Part shown: in pieces, positions 9,941 to 17,636 of the stretch
Numbering within the stretch: the first letter of the stretch is position 1
How the letters are laid out: each line of letters opens with the position of its first letter
Assembly (NCBI GenBank): GCA_038043305.1
Contig: JBBTCG010000024.1
Coordinates: 1 to 46,301 of the forward strand
Direction: 5' to 3'
Length of the DNA stretch: 46,301 nt
Source of the DNA: Deltaproteobacteria bacterium
GTDB taxonomy: Bacteria > Desulfobacterota > GWC2-55-46
Made by a program: the position numbers and the translations under genes
The notes under the pieces: model-generated
Told to the model about the DNA's origin: nothing
Databases searched by the model: none
The model's input: the letters and a program-made list of their open reading frames with translations, nothing else

Positions 9941-10273
9941 TTATCCGCCATATACAACTTCACCCTCTTTGGCGTAGTCCGCGACAATCGAATCCTTGTT
10001 TTCGAGTTCCGCATCTGTTTTCGTAAGGATGTCGAAGGGCATCATGAATTTTTTAATGGCCGCGATCTCGGCCTCTTTGGTCATTTGTGCCCTTTCGAGC
10101 CGGTCTTTTCCATTGAAGTCGTCCGACACAATGATTATATCAATGTCGCTTTCCGGCGTAGACGCACCTTTCGCATGCGAGCCGAACAGGATGATCTTTG
10201 ACACGTTAATGCCTGCCTTTTCCAGCCGCTTTTCCAGAAAATTAACGGCTTCTATAATTCTGTCTTCAGCCAT
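9941..10273 (-). CDS. Minimal nucleotidyltransferase (MNT, pol-beta superfamily), putative antitoxin partner of the HEPN protein
   Basis: 110 aa. It carries the GS-x10-DxD signature LFGSHAKGASTPESDIDIIIVSDD. Its start overlaps the upstream HEPN gene by 22 nt. Confidence 0.8.
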   Translation of the reverse strand: MAEDRIIEAVNFLEKRLEKAGINVSKIILFGSHAKGASTPESDIDIIIVSDDFNGKDRLERAQMTKEAEIAAIKKFMMPFDILTKTDAELENKDSIVADYAKEGEVVYGG

Positions 10274-10632
10274 TGCAGCGTCTCCCCGCCCTTTTCAAGC
10301 ATCTCTTTGACCATGTCCTTGCGATAAAACCCGGCCATCTCTTGTATATCGTCAGGGTAGCGGGTTGGCACACTCAACCTGTTGAGATTAAAAAACCAAT
10401 CGGATAATCCGCTTGGAACTTCAAGTCCGATCTTTTCGGCTAAGAAGATAAGGTTATGGGACCTCGGCGGCATTATGTCGAGTTTTTTAGCGTACAGCCC
10501 CTTTAATGCCTTCTCAATAGAAAGATGACACATAAAAACGGCGTGTATATACCGTCCGTTTTCATAGAGCACTTGTGCCGTCTTTAGATCATAGTCCGCC
10601 TGCCTGAACCATTCCTCCGGTTTTTTTGTCAT
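10252..10632 (-). CDS. HEPN domain protein, putative toxin of a HEPN/MNT pair
   Basis: 126 aa. HLSIEKALKGLYAKK and LSVPTRYPDD are typical of the kanamycin-NT-C-terminal-like HEPN family. It lies immediately upstream of, and overlaps, the MNT gene. Confidence 0.75.
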   Translation of the reverse strand: MTKKPEEWFRQADYDLKTAQVLYENGRYIHAVFMCHLSIEKALKGLYAKKLDIMPPRSHNLIFLAEKIGLEVPSGLSDWFFNLNRLSVPTRYPDDIQEMAGFYRKDMVKEMLEKGGETLQWLKTEL

Positions 10633-10641
10633 GCTGCCTCT

Positions 10642-10672
10642 AAAAAATTGGTCATGGTAACAGGATTCGATA
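10642..10672 (-). other. Degenerate duplicate of the tRNA-Pro 3' end plus its flank (possible integration scar or tRNA fragment)
   Basis: AAAAAATTGGTCATGGTAACAGGATTCGATA aligns ungapped with GAAAAAATGGTCGGGGCGAGAGGATTCGAAC (10693-10723). 22 of 31 positions are identical, including TGGTC and AGGATTCGA. Confidence 0.4.
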
Positions 10673-10699
10673 TTGTTCAGTTATTGCAAACTGAAAAAA

Positions 10700-10776
10700 T
10701 GGTCGGGGCGAGAGGATTCGAACCTCCGGCCCTCTGCTCCCAAAGCAGATGCGCTGCCAGACTGCGCTACGCCCCG
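10700..10776 (-). tRNA. tRNA-Pro (anticodon TGG), CCA encoded
   Basis: The reverse complement reads CGGGGCGTAGCGCAGTCTGGCAGCGCATCTGCTTTGGGAGCAGAGGGCCGGAGGTTCGAATCCTCTCGCCCCGACCA. The anticodon stem-loop is TCTGC-TTTGGGA-GCAGA. Confidence 0.93.
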
Positions 10777-11009
10777 TCCGTGTGCCGTAAATAAGCATGT
10801 CCCCGCATGTTTGAAGCGGGGAGCAGACCTTTCTATTTAGCACAGACATTGATATTTTGCAAGTTTTTTTGCCCCTTCCATGTGCATTGTTGCATTTGCG
10901 GTTGCTGGACGTGTATACTTACACAACCAAGCCGTGCTTATCCGGCGCGGGTGCTGGGCGCGAATTTTAATGAAGATTTATTAAAATCTTTCAGGTATTT
11001 TTAATCATT

Positions 11010-11777
11010 ATGGGCGATAATAAGTCATATAATATGCGACGATACTATCCGATATTCGTTGACCTTGTCGGCAGGCCGTGCGTCGTTGTCGGAGGAGGCT
11101 CCGTGGCCCAACGCAAGGCGCGCTCGCTTGTGGCCTCTGGCGCGCTTGTTACCGTCATATCGCCGCGTCAGACGCCGGGCATTATATCTCTTGCGGCAAA
11201 AGGCCGCTTAACGCTTGTCGCGCGAAGATACAAAAAGGGAGACGTTAAAGGCGCCTTTCTCGTCATAGCGGCAACGGACTCGGAAGAGACGAACCGTGCG
11301 ATTGCCGAGGAGGCGCGGCTTGGCAAGGCGATGGTAAATGTAGTTGACAGCCCCTTGCTTTGCGACTTCATAGCGCCGTCGGTAGTTCTCCGGGGCCCTC
11401 TCGCGCTCGCCATATCAACCTCAGGCGCTTGTCCCGCGCTTGCGAAGAAGCTGCGTAAGGATTTGGAAAAGGTTATCGGTAAAGAGTATGCGATATTCAC
11501 GGACATGCTTGCCGTTGTAAGGGACAATCTGTTGAAAAACCGCGTTGGACGTGTTAAAAAAGAACGGATAATCAAGACGTTAATAAACTCCCCTGCCGTT
11601 GAATGGATCAAGGCCGGGCAAGTCAACCGGCTGGAACGATATATTGATAAGCTTGTAAAACGTGAGAGCAGCCCCCTCACCCCAACCCTCTCCCCTAAGG
11701 GGAGAGGGAGCAAAGGGGAAGCTCCTCCCCTTTTTTCAAGGGGAGGCTGGGTGGGGTCGGGAAGAAAACGCAAATGA
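11010..11777 (+). CDS. Precorrin-2 dehydrogenase / sirohydrochlorin ferrochelatase (CysG N-terminal domain-like, SirC/Met8 type) with a repeat-derived C-terminal tail
   Basis: The Rossmann lead-in YPIFVDLVGRPCVVVGGGSVAQRKARSLVASGALVTVISP is followed by the siroheme-synthase central motif ALAISTSGACPALAKKLR. The last ~35 aa (SSPLTPTLSPKGRGSKGEAPPLFSRGGWVGSGRKRK) are encoded by repeat family G. The start is uncertain: ATG at 11010 or ATG at 11034, neither with a clear SD. Confidence 0.75.
   Translation: MGDNKSYNMRRYYPIFVDLVGRPCVVVGGGSVAQRKARSLVASGALVTVISPRQTPGIISLAAKGRLTLVARRYKKGDVKGAFLVIAATDSEETNRAIAEEARLGKAMVNVVDSPLLCDFIAPSVVLRGPLALAISTSGACPALAKKLRKDLEKVIGKEYAIFTDMLAVVRDNLLKNRVGRVKKERIIKTLINSPAVEWIKAGQVNRLERYIDKLVKRESSPLTPTLSPKGRGSKGEAPPLFSRGGWVGSGRKRK
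11671..11762 (+). repeat. Double-hairpin repeat element (family G), copy 1
   Basis: Hairpin 1 is CCCTCTCCCC-TAA-GGGGAGAGGG (11686-11708). Hairpin 2 is CCTCCCC-TTTTTTCAA-GGGGAGG (11724-11746). The 36-mer CTCCTCCCCTTTTTTCAAGGGGAGGCTGGGTGGGGT (11722-11757) recurs at 25015-25050 with one mismatch. Confidence 0.85.
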
Positions 11778-12595
11778 GCGGACTTTTTCTACATATAACC
11801 GTTGTATTGTACCTTGCGGCAACGTGCGTATACGCGGCATATCTTTTTACGCACAGGGATTCTCTTATTAAGGTTGCACAGGGTATTTTTATTGCCGGTT
11901 TTGCCGCGCATACGCTGACCATCGGGCTGCGTTGGTTTGAGGCGGGCCGAACCCCGGCAACAAACCTCCATGAATCGCTGACGCTTTTTTCATGGGTGGT
12001 TGTCGCGGTGTATATGGCCCTTCTCGTCAAGTATGCTCAAAGGGTGCTTGGCGCGTTCGTTGCCCCCTTTGCGCTCCTTCTCGTAATCTCGGCCTCCATT
12101 CTGCCAAAGGAGATAGTGCCGCTTGCGCCTGCGCTTGAGAGCTACTGGCTGCCGGTGCACGTTATAATGGCCTTTTTCGGCAACGCCTTCTTTGCCATCG
12201 CCTTCTTCCTCGGCGTCATGTACATAATTCAGCAGCATTACCTGAAGAGCAAGAAGCTCAAGGGACTGTTCTTCGTGCTGCCATCGCTTGAACTCCTTGA
12301 CGAGCTTAGCTACAAATGTCTTCAATACGGCTTTCCGCTCCTTACGCTTGCGATAATAACCGGCGCGATATGGGCCGAGTACGCGACGGGAAGCTACTGG
12401 GATTGGAAGCCAAGGCAGGTCTGGTCGCTCATAACGTGGTTTCTCTATGCCGCGCTTCTTCACGGACGCCTTACAGCCGGATGGAGAGGCAAAAAAGCGG
12501 CCATATTCTCAAGTATCGCGTTTGCCGCGCTCATAGGCTCCTTCATTGTCATAAACCTTGCGCTTGGCGGGGCGCACGGCCTGTCAGGCCGCTGA
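11774..12595 (+). CDS. CcsA-family cytochrome c assembly / HemX-like integral membrane protein
   Basis: 273 aa and polytopic. It carries a Trp-rich CcsA-type motif AIWAEYATGSYWDWKPRQVWSLITWFLYAALLHGR. It sits directly upstream of hemA, like hemX in Bacillus-type hem operons. The junction with the preceding gene is an ATGA overlap. Confidence 0.75.
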   Translation: MSGLFLHITVVLYLAATCVYAAYLFTHRDSLIKVAQGIFIAGFAAHTLTIGLRWFEAGRTPATNLHESLTLFSWVVVAVYMALLVKYAQRVLGAFVAPFALLLVISASILPKEIVPLAPALESYWLPVHVIMAFFGNAFFAIAFFLGVMYIIQQHYLKSKKLKGLFFVLPSLELLDELSYKCLQYGFPLLTLAIITGAIWAEYATGSYWDWKPRQVWSLITWFLYAALLHGRLTAGWRGKKAAIFSSIAFAALIGSFIVINLALGGAHGLSGR

Positions 12596-12752
12596 AAAAG
12601 TCCCATCTGCGGCGTTGTCTTCGTCGCTTCTCACTGCGGCGCACAACAAAGTGCGCCTCATTCGGCGCTCCTTGACGCCTTGCATCTGGAACTTTTTGAG
12701 CGGCCTGACCAGATTTTGAGTTTCTTCGTAACTTGCTGGGGAGATAATCAAG

Positions 12753-14048
12753 ATGAACCTCGTCATAGTCGGACTCAATCATAAGACCGCGCCCATAGAG
12801 ATACGCGAGAGGCTCTCCTTCCCGACGGACTCCATCGGAGAGCCTTTGAAGCGGCTCGTGTCGAGGTACGGCCTGAACGAGGCGGTCATACTTTCCACCT
12901 GCAACCGGGTCGAGGCCGTTGGCATAACCGCTGACATGGAAAAGGGCGCGGTCCAGATAAAAAGATTTCTCTCCGACTATCATAACATCCCCATTGAACT
13001 GTTGAACGAGCACCTCTACGTCCATTTTGGACAGGAGGCGGCCACACACCTTTTCCGCGTGGCCTCCGGGCTTGATTCAATGGTAATGGGCGAGCCGCAG
13101 ATATTGGGGCAGGTAAAGGATTCTTACGGATACGCGGTCGAGCACGGGAGCGCGGGCGCGATAATCAACAAGCTCTACCATAAGGTCTTTCAGGTGGCAA
13201 AGAGGGTGAGGACCGAGACGCGGATCGGCGAGGCCGCGGTTTCCATAAGTTTTGCCGCCGTTGAGCTTGCGAAAAAGATATGCGGCAGGCTCGACGACAA
13301 ATCCGTTATGCTCATCGGCGCGGGCGAGATGGCCGAGCTTGCGGCAAAGCACCTCATGACCAACGGCGTAAGGCAGCTCTTCGTCGCAAACAGGACATAT
13401 GAGCGCGCCGTGGAGTTCGCAAAGCGAATCGGCGGAGCAGCGATAATGCTGAGGGAGTTCCAGCATTATCTCAAGGACGTGGATATAGTCATAGCCTCCA
13501 CGGCCTCCACGAGCTTCATCATCAGGCAGGAGCATATAAGCGAGGCCATGCGGCTAAGGAAGTTCATGCCCATGTTCTTCATTGACATGTCGGTGCCGAG
13601 GAACATTGACCCGCTCGTCAATAATATTGACGGCGCTTTTGTCTACGACGTGGACGACCTCACCGGCGTGGTGCAGGCCAATCTTCAGGAGAGAAAGAAG
13701 GAGGCCGACGCCGCAGAGCTTATCATAAGCGAGGAGATAGAGAAGTTCTACCGCTGGATAAAGACCATTGACGTCGTGCCTACCATAATCGCGCTCAGGC
13801 GTTTTGCCGACGAGGTGAGAAAGGCCGAGTTTGAAAAGGCCGCCTCGGCCCTGAAAAACCTGTCGGATGACGATAAGAAGGTCATCAGCGCCATGACCAG
13901 CGCCATCGTGAACAAGATACTCCATAATCCGATCGTGCATCTCAAGAAAGAGGCCGACAAGATAGAAGGCGACAGGGCGATTGACACGGTAAGGAAGCTC
14001 TTTGATCTTGAAAACGACAAGGATGAAATAAAAAAGGCCAGAGGCTGA
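12753..14048 (+). CDS. hemA: Glutamyl-tRNA reductase
   Basis: MNLVIVGLNHKTAPIEIRERLSF, the active-site region LSTCNRVE and the NADPH-binding segment MLIGAGEMAE. GGGGAG lies 9 nt before the ATG. Confidence 0.95.
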   Translation: MNLVIVGLNHKTAPIEIRERLSFPTDSIGEPLKRLVSRYGLNEAVILSTCNRVEAVGITADMEKGAVQIKRFLSDYHNIPIELLNEHLYVHFGQEAATHLFRVASGLDSMVMGEPQILGQVKDSYGYAVEHGSAGAIINKLYHKVFQVAKRVRTETRIGEAAVSISFAAVELAKKICGRLDDKSVMLIGAGEMAELAAKHLMTNGVRQLFVANRTYERAVEFAKRIGGAAIMLREFQHYLKDVDIVIASTASTSFIIRQEHISEAMRLRKFMPMFFIDMSVPRNIDPLVNNIDGAFVYDVDDLTGVVQANLQERKKEADAAELIISEEIEKFYRWIKTIDVVPTIIALRRFADEVRKAEFEKAASALKNLSDDDKKVISAMTSAIVNKILHNPIVHLKKEADKIEGDRAIDTVRKLFDLENDKDEIKKARG

Positions 14049-14084
14049 CAATCCCTGAAGAGCCGCAGAAGGAGAGGCATTGAA

Positions 14085-15029
14085 GTGAAGGAAAGATTGA
14101 TTATAGGCACGCGATCAAGCGCCCTTGCGCTGTGGCAGGCCGAGTGGGTAAAGGCCGAGCTTCTCCGAAGATACCCCGGGGTGGAGGTCAGGCTTGAGAG
14201 GATAAAGACAACGGGAGATAAGATACTCGACGTGCCGCTTGCAAGGGTGGGCGGCAAGGGCCTGTTCGTCAAGGAGATAGAGGAGGCGCTTGAGGACGGC
14301 AGGGTTGACCTTGCCGTTCATTCCATGAAGGACGTGCCGACCGTGTTCCCAAAGGGGCTGCATCTCAAGGCAATAACAAAGAGGGAGGACGCGAGGGACG
14401 CCGTTATCTCAAGGAGCGGGGTCAGGCTCAAAGACCTGCCAATGGGCGCGTCCATAGGGACTTCGAGTTTGAGGCGTCAATCACAGATACTCAACATGAG
14501 GCCCGACTTTCAGATACAAAGCCTTCGAGGCAACCTTGACACGCGCATCAGGAAACTTGAGGAGGGCCGCTTTGACGCCGTCATCCTTGCCTGCGCGGGC
14601 ATAAAGAGGCTTGGACTGGAGGCGAAGATAACCGAACTGCTTGATCCGGAGGTATGCCTTCCCGCAATAGGACAGGGCGCGCTCGGCATCGAGACGAGGA
14701 TTGAGGACGAGGATGCGAACGAGATGGCCGCATTTTTCAACCATCCGGACTCATCCGTTGCCGTGAGGGCCGAACGGGCGTTTTTGAAAAGGCTCGAAGG
14801 CGGCTGTCAGGTTCCCATAGCGGCGCACGCCGAGGTAAGGGGCGACGGGGTTAAACTCATCGGCCTTGTGGCGAGCGTTGACGGCAAAAAGATAGTGAAG
14901 GATTCGGCGTCAGGCTCAAGGCTGGATGCGGAGGATATAGGTGTTGATTTAGCTGAAAAACTCCTTCGCTCCGGCGCGTGGGAGATACTCAAAGACCTTT
15001 ATGAGGTCAAGCCGCCGGGCGGGGCGTAG
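14085..15029 (+). CDS. hemC: Porphobilinogen deaminase (hydroxymethylbilane synthase)
   Basis: IGTRSSALALWQAEWV, GDKILDVPLARVGGKGLFVKEIE and the cofactor-Cys region LEGGCQVPIAAHA. GTG start preceded by AAGGAGAGG. Confidence 0.95.
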   Translation: MKERLIIGTRSSALALWQAEWVKAELLRRYPGVEVRLERIKTTGDKILDVPLARVGGKGLFVKEIEEALEDGRVDLAVHSMKDVPTVFPKGLHLKAITKREDARDAVISRSGVRLKDLPMGASIGTSSLRRQSQILNMRPDFQIQSLRGNLDTRIRKLEEGRFDAVILACAGIKRLGLEAKITELLDPEVCLPAIGQGALGIETRIEDEDANEMAAFFNHPDSSVAVRAERAFLKRLEGGCQVPIAAHAEVRGDGVKLIGLVASVDGKKIVKDSASGSRLDAEDIGVDLAEKLLRSGAWEILKDLYEVKPPGGA

Positions 15030-15089
15030 TGTGCAAAATAGGTCGTTGTCTCTGGTGTCGGCATAACGTAATCGAGAGGCGTTTTTATC

Positions 15090-16616
15090 GTGGTGAAAAC
15101 CGGAAAGGTATATCTCGTGGGCGCGGGGCCGGGAGACCCCCTGCTCATAACAATCAAGGCTGTCGCTGCGTTGGCCTTGGCGGACTGCGTCATCTATGAC
15201 TTTTTGGCCAATGAGCGTCTCCTTGAGCACGCCAAAAAGGGCGCGGAGCGCATCTATGCCGGAAAGAAGGGGCGCGCAAAGACCATGGCTCAGGAAGAGA
15301 TAAACGCCCTTATTATCAGAAAGGCCAAGGCGGGCAAGACGGTCGTGCGTCTTAAAGGCGGAGACCCGTTCATCTTTGGACGCGGCGGCGAGGAGGCTGA
15401 GGAGTTGGTAAAGGCCGGACTTACGTTCGAGGTCATACCCGGCGTGAGTTCGGCGATAGCGGCCCCGGCCTACGCGGGCATACCGCTTACGCACAGGGAC
15501 TTTGCCTCGTCCGTTACCTTCATAACCGGTCAGGAAGACCCTCGTAAAGAAAGCTCAAACATCGCATGGGACGCCCTTTCAAAAGGCACTCTGGTTTTTC
15601 TCATGGGCTGGAAGAATCTGCCGACAATAGCCGCAAAGCTCCATGAAAACGGCTGGGACGACTCAACGCCTGTCGCGCTCATCAGGTGGGGCACCATGAC
15701 CAAGCAAAGGTGCGTTACCGGACGGCTTGACAACATCGCTCGCCTTGCCGTGGAGAGCGGGATGAAGCCGCCAATGATAACGGTCGTGGGCAACGTTGTG
15801 AAGCTCAGGGATAAACTGAATTGGTTCGAGACAAAGCCGCTTTTCGGCAAGCGGGTGCTTATTACGCGCACCAGCGCTCAGGCAGGGGCGTTTGCCCGGC
15901 TCCTTGAGGCTGAGGGCGCGGAGCCAATTGGTTTTCCGGTAATAAAGACGATTCCGCCCGCAAGCTGGGCTGCCTTGGACAGGGCGATAAAACGGCTTTC
16001 AAGTTATGACTGGGCCATATTCACGAGCGTAAACGGGGTAAACTATTTTTTTGAAAGGTTGTATAAACTCGGCAAGGACGTAAGGGCGCTCTACGGGGTG
16101 AAGCTTTGCGCCATCGGGCCAAAGACCGCCGAGGCTCTGAAAGGACGCGGCCTGAACGTTGATCTAACGCCGTCAGAGTACAGAGCCGAGGCCATAATAG
16201 AGGCGCTTGGCAGGAGACGTATAAGAGGAAAAAGGTTTTTGCTTGCGCGGGCGCTTGACGCAAGGGAGGTGCTGCCGACAGAGATAAAAAGGCTGGGCGG
16301 CATGATTGACGTTCCCTGCGCCTATAGAACGATATTGCCAGTCAAGGAGGCCGGAGCCTTGAAGGAGGAGCTTTCAGCGGGCAATATAGACGTAGTTACA
16401 TTCACGTCATCCTCGACTGTTACGAATTTTATGAGTATCTTCAAAAAGGGCGAGGCTCAGCGGCGACTGGGAAACGTAAAGATTGCCTGCATAGGCCCCA
16501 TCACCGCAAAGACGGCTGAGGACGCCATGCTCAAGGTTGATATAATGCCGGGCGATTATACGGTGGAGGCGCTTTGTTGCGCCATGACAGACTATTACGG
16601 AAAAGGAGAGGCTTAA
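15090..16616 (+). CDS. Bifunctional uroporphyrinogen-III C-methyltransferase / uroporphyrinogen-III synthase
   Basis: The N-terminal half carries SUMT motifs: [33 protein letters not shown] and [22 protein letters not shown]. The C-terminal half is HemD-like ([38 protein letters not shown]). This is a CobA-HemD fusion. Confidence 0.9.
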   Translation: MVKTGKVYLVGAGPGDPLLITIKAVAALALADCVIYDFLANERLLEHAKKGAERIYAGKKGRAKTMAQEEINALIIRKAKAGKTVVRLKGGDPFIFGRGGEEAEELVKAGLTFEVIPGVSSAIAAPAYAGIPLTHRDFASSVTFITGQEDPRKESSNIAWDALSKGTLVFLMGWKNLPTIAAKLHENGWDDSTPVALIRWGTMTKQRCVTGRLDNIARLAVESGMKPPMITVVGNVVKLRDKLNWFETKPLFGKRVLITRTSAQAGAFARLLEAEGAEPIGFPVIKTIPPASWAALDRAIKRLSSYDWAIFTSVNGVNYFFERLYKLGKDVRALYGVKLCAIGPKTAEALKGRGLNVDLTPSEYRAEAIIEALGRRRIRGKRFLLARALDAREVLPTEIKRLGGMIDVPCAYRTILPVKEAGALKEELSAGNIDVVTFTSSSTVTNFMSIFKKGEAQRRLGNVKIACIGPITAKTAEDAMLKVDIMPGDYTVEALCCAMTDYYGKGEA

Positions 16617-17590
16617 TGGATTTTCCGATCTACAGGCCAAGACGTCTAAGAAGCAGCGCAACGCTCCGGGCAATGGTCTCTGAGACCTCTCTTTCAACCG
16701 GGGACCTCATCTTGCCGCTCTTCGTGTCTCACGGCAAGGGCGTTGAAAGGCCAATAAAGTCAATGCCGGGGCATTATCAGCTTTCGGTTGACAGGCTGAA
16801 AAAGGAGATAAAGGAGATAAGAACGCTGGGCATACCCGGCGTAATCCTGTTTGGCATACCTGAGCATAAGGACGCCGTAGGCACAGCGGCCTCGGACGCT
16901 AAAGGCCCGGTGCAGCAGGCGATAAAGGCCATAAAGGATATTGCCCCTGAGATTATCGTAACCACCGACGTCTGCTTATGCGAATACACTTCGCACGGGC
17001 ACTGTGGTATCATAAAGGATGGAGACGTTGACAACGATTCGACGCTTGAGGCGCTCTCCGTGGAGGCCGTGTCCCACGCAAAGGCCGGGGCCGACATAAT
17101 AGCGCCCTCCGACATGATGGACGGCAGGGTGGGACGAATACGAGAGGCGCTTGACGATGAGGGTTTTTCGCGCTTGCCGATAATGAGCTACGCGGCAAAA
17201 TACTCAAGCGCGTTTTACGGGCCGTTTCGCGAGGCCGCTGAGTCCTCGCCGCAGTTCGGGGACAGAAAGACCTATCAGATGGACCCCGCCAATTCGGATG
17301 AGGCGCTAAGGGAAGTCGCCCTCGACATAGCCGAGGGCGCGGACATCGTGATGGTCAAGCCCGCGCTGCCGTACCTTGACATCATTAGACGGGTAAAGGA
17401 CGAGTTCGGCTATCCGACTGCGGCCTACAGCGTGAGCGGCGAGTTCTCCATGATAAAGGCCGCGGCAAAGGCCGGATGGATTGACCATGACCGGGCAATG
17501 ATGGAGTCCCTTACGTGCATAAGGCGCGCCGGGGCCGATATGATAATCACCTATTTCGCCAAGGAGGCTGCGCGGCTTATCAATAGATAA
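16616..17590 (+). CDS. hemB: Porphobilinogen synthase (delta-aminolevulinate dehydratase), Zn-type
   Basis: [12 protein letters not shown]..., the cysteine-rich metal site [14 protein letters not shown] and the Schiff-base region [12 protein letters not shown]. The ATG at 16616 overlaps the upstream TAA as TAATG. The 14 extra codons in the ORF track are probably not translated. Confidence 0.93.
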   Translation: MDFPIYRPRRLRSSATLRAMVSETSLSTGDLILPLFVSHGKGVERPIKSMPGHYQLSVDRLKKEIKEIRTLGIPGVILFGIPEHKDAVGTAASDAKGPVQQAIKAIKDIAPEIIVTTDVCLCEYTSHGHCGIIKDGDVDNDSTLEALSVEAVSHAKAGADIIAPSDMMDGRVGRIREALDDEGFSRLPIMSYAAKYSSAFYGPFREAAESSPQFGDRKTYQMDPANSDEALREVALDIAEGADIVMVKPALPYLDIIRRVKDEFGYPTAAYSVSGEFSMIKAAAKAGWIDHDRAMMESLTCIRRAGADMIITYFAKEAARLINR

Positions 17591-17636
17591 AAGTACGCAA
17601 ACGCACACAGACCTATAAGGATAAGGAGTCACATAT

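Noticed and set aside
10652-10849. 65-aa minus-strand ORF spanning tRNA-Pro.
   Set aside because: It overlaps a canonical tRNA gene completely, so it is a spurious ORF.
10890-10919. Candidate hem-cluster promoter TTGCAT, an 18-nt spacer, then TATACT.
   Set aside because: The hexamers are plausible but the spacer is long, there is no supporting evidence, and the start codon of the first gene is itself uncertain. It is too weak to list as a feature.
10777-11009. Possible replication origin at the minus/plus strand-orientation switch near gyrB. All genes from 11 kb onward are on the plus strand; gyrB and the tRNAs are on the minus strand.
   Set aside because: I found only partial DnaA-box-like strings, such as TTATCCGG near 10944 and TTATTTACA near 8716. 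There is no box cluster, no dnaA/dnaN and no clear AT-rich unwinding element. GC skew could not be computed by eye. The evidence is insufficient.
10995-11035. Fur-box-like AT-rich tract (AATCATTAT, GATAAT) at the start of the hem cluster.
   Set aside because: Only a half-site-sized match to the 19-bp Fur consensus is present. It overlaps the candidate start codon rather than a defined promoter. An AT-rich context makes such matches likely by chance.
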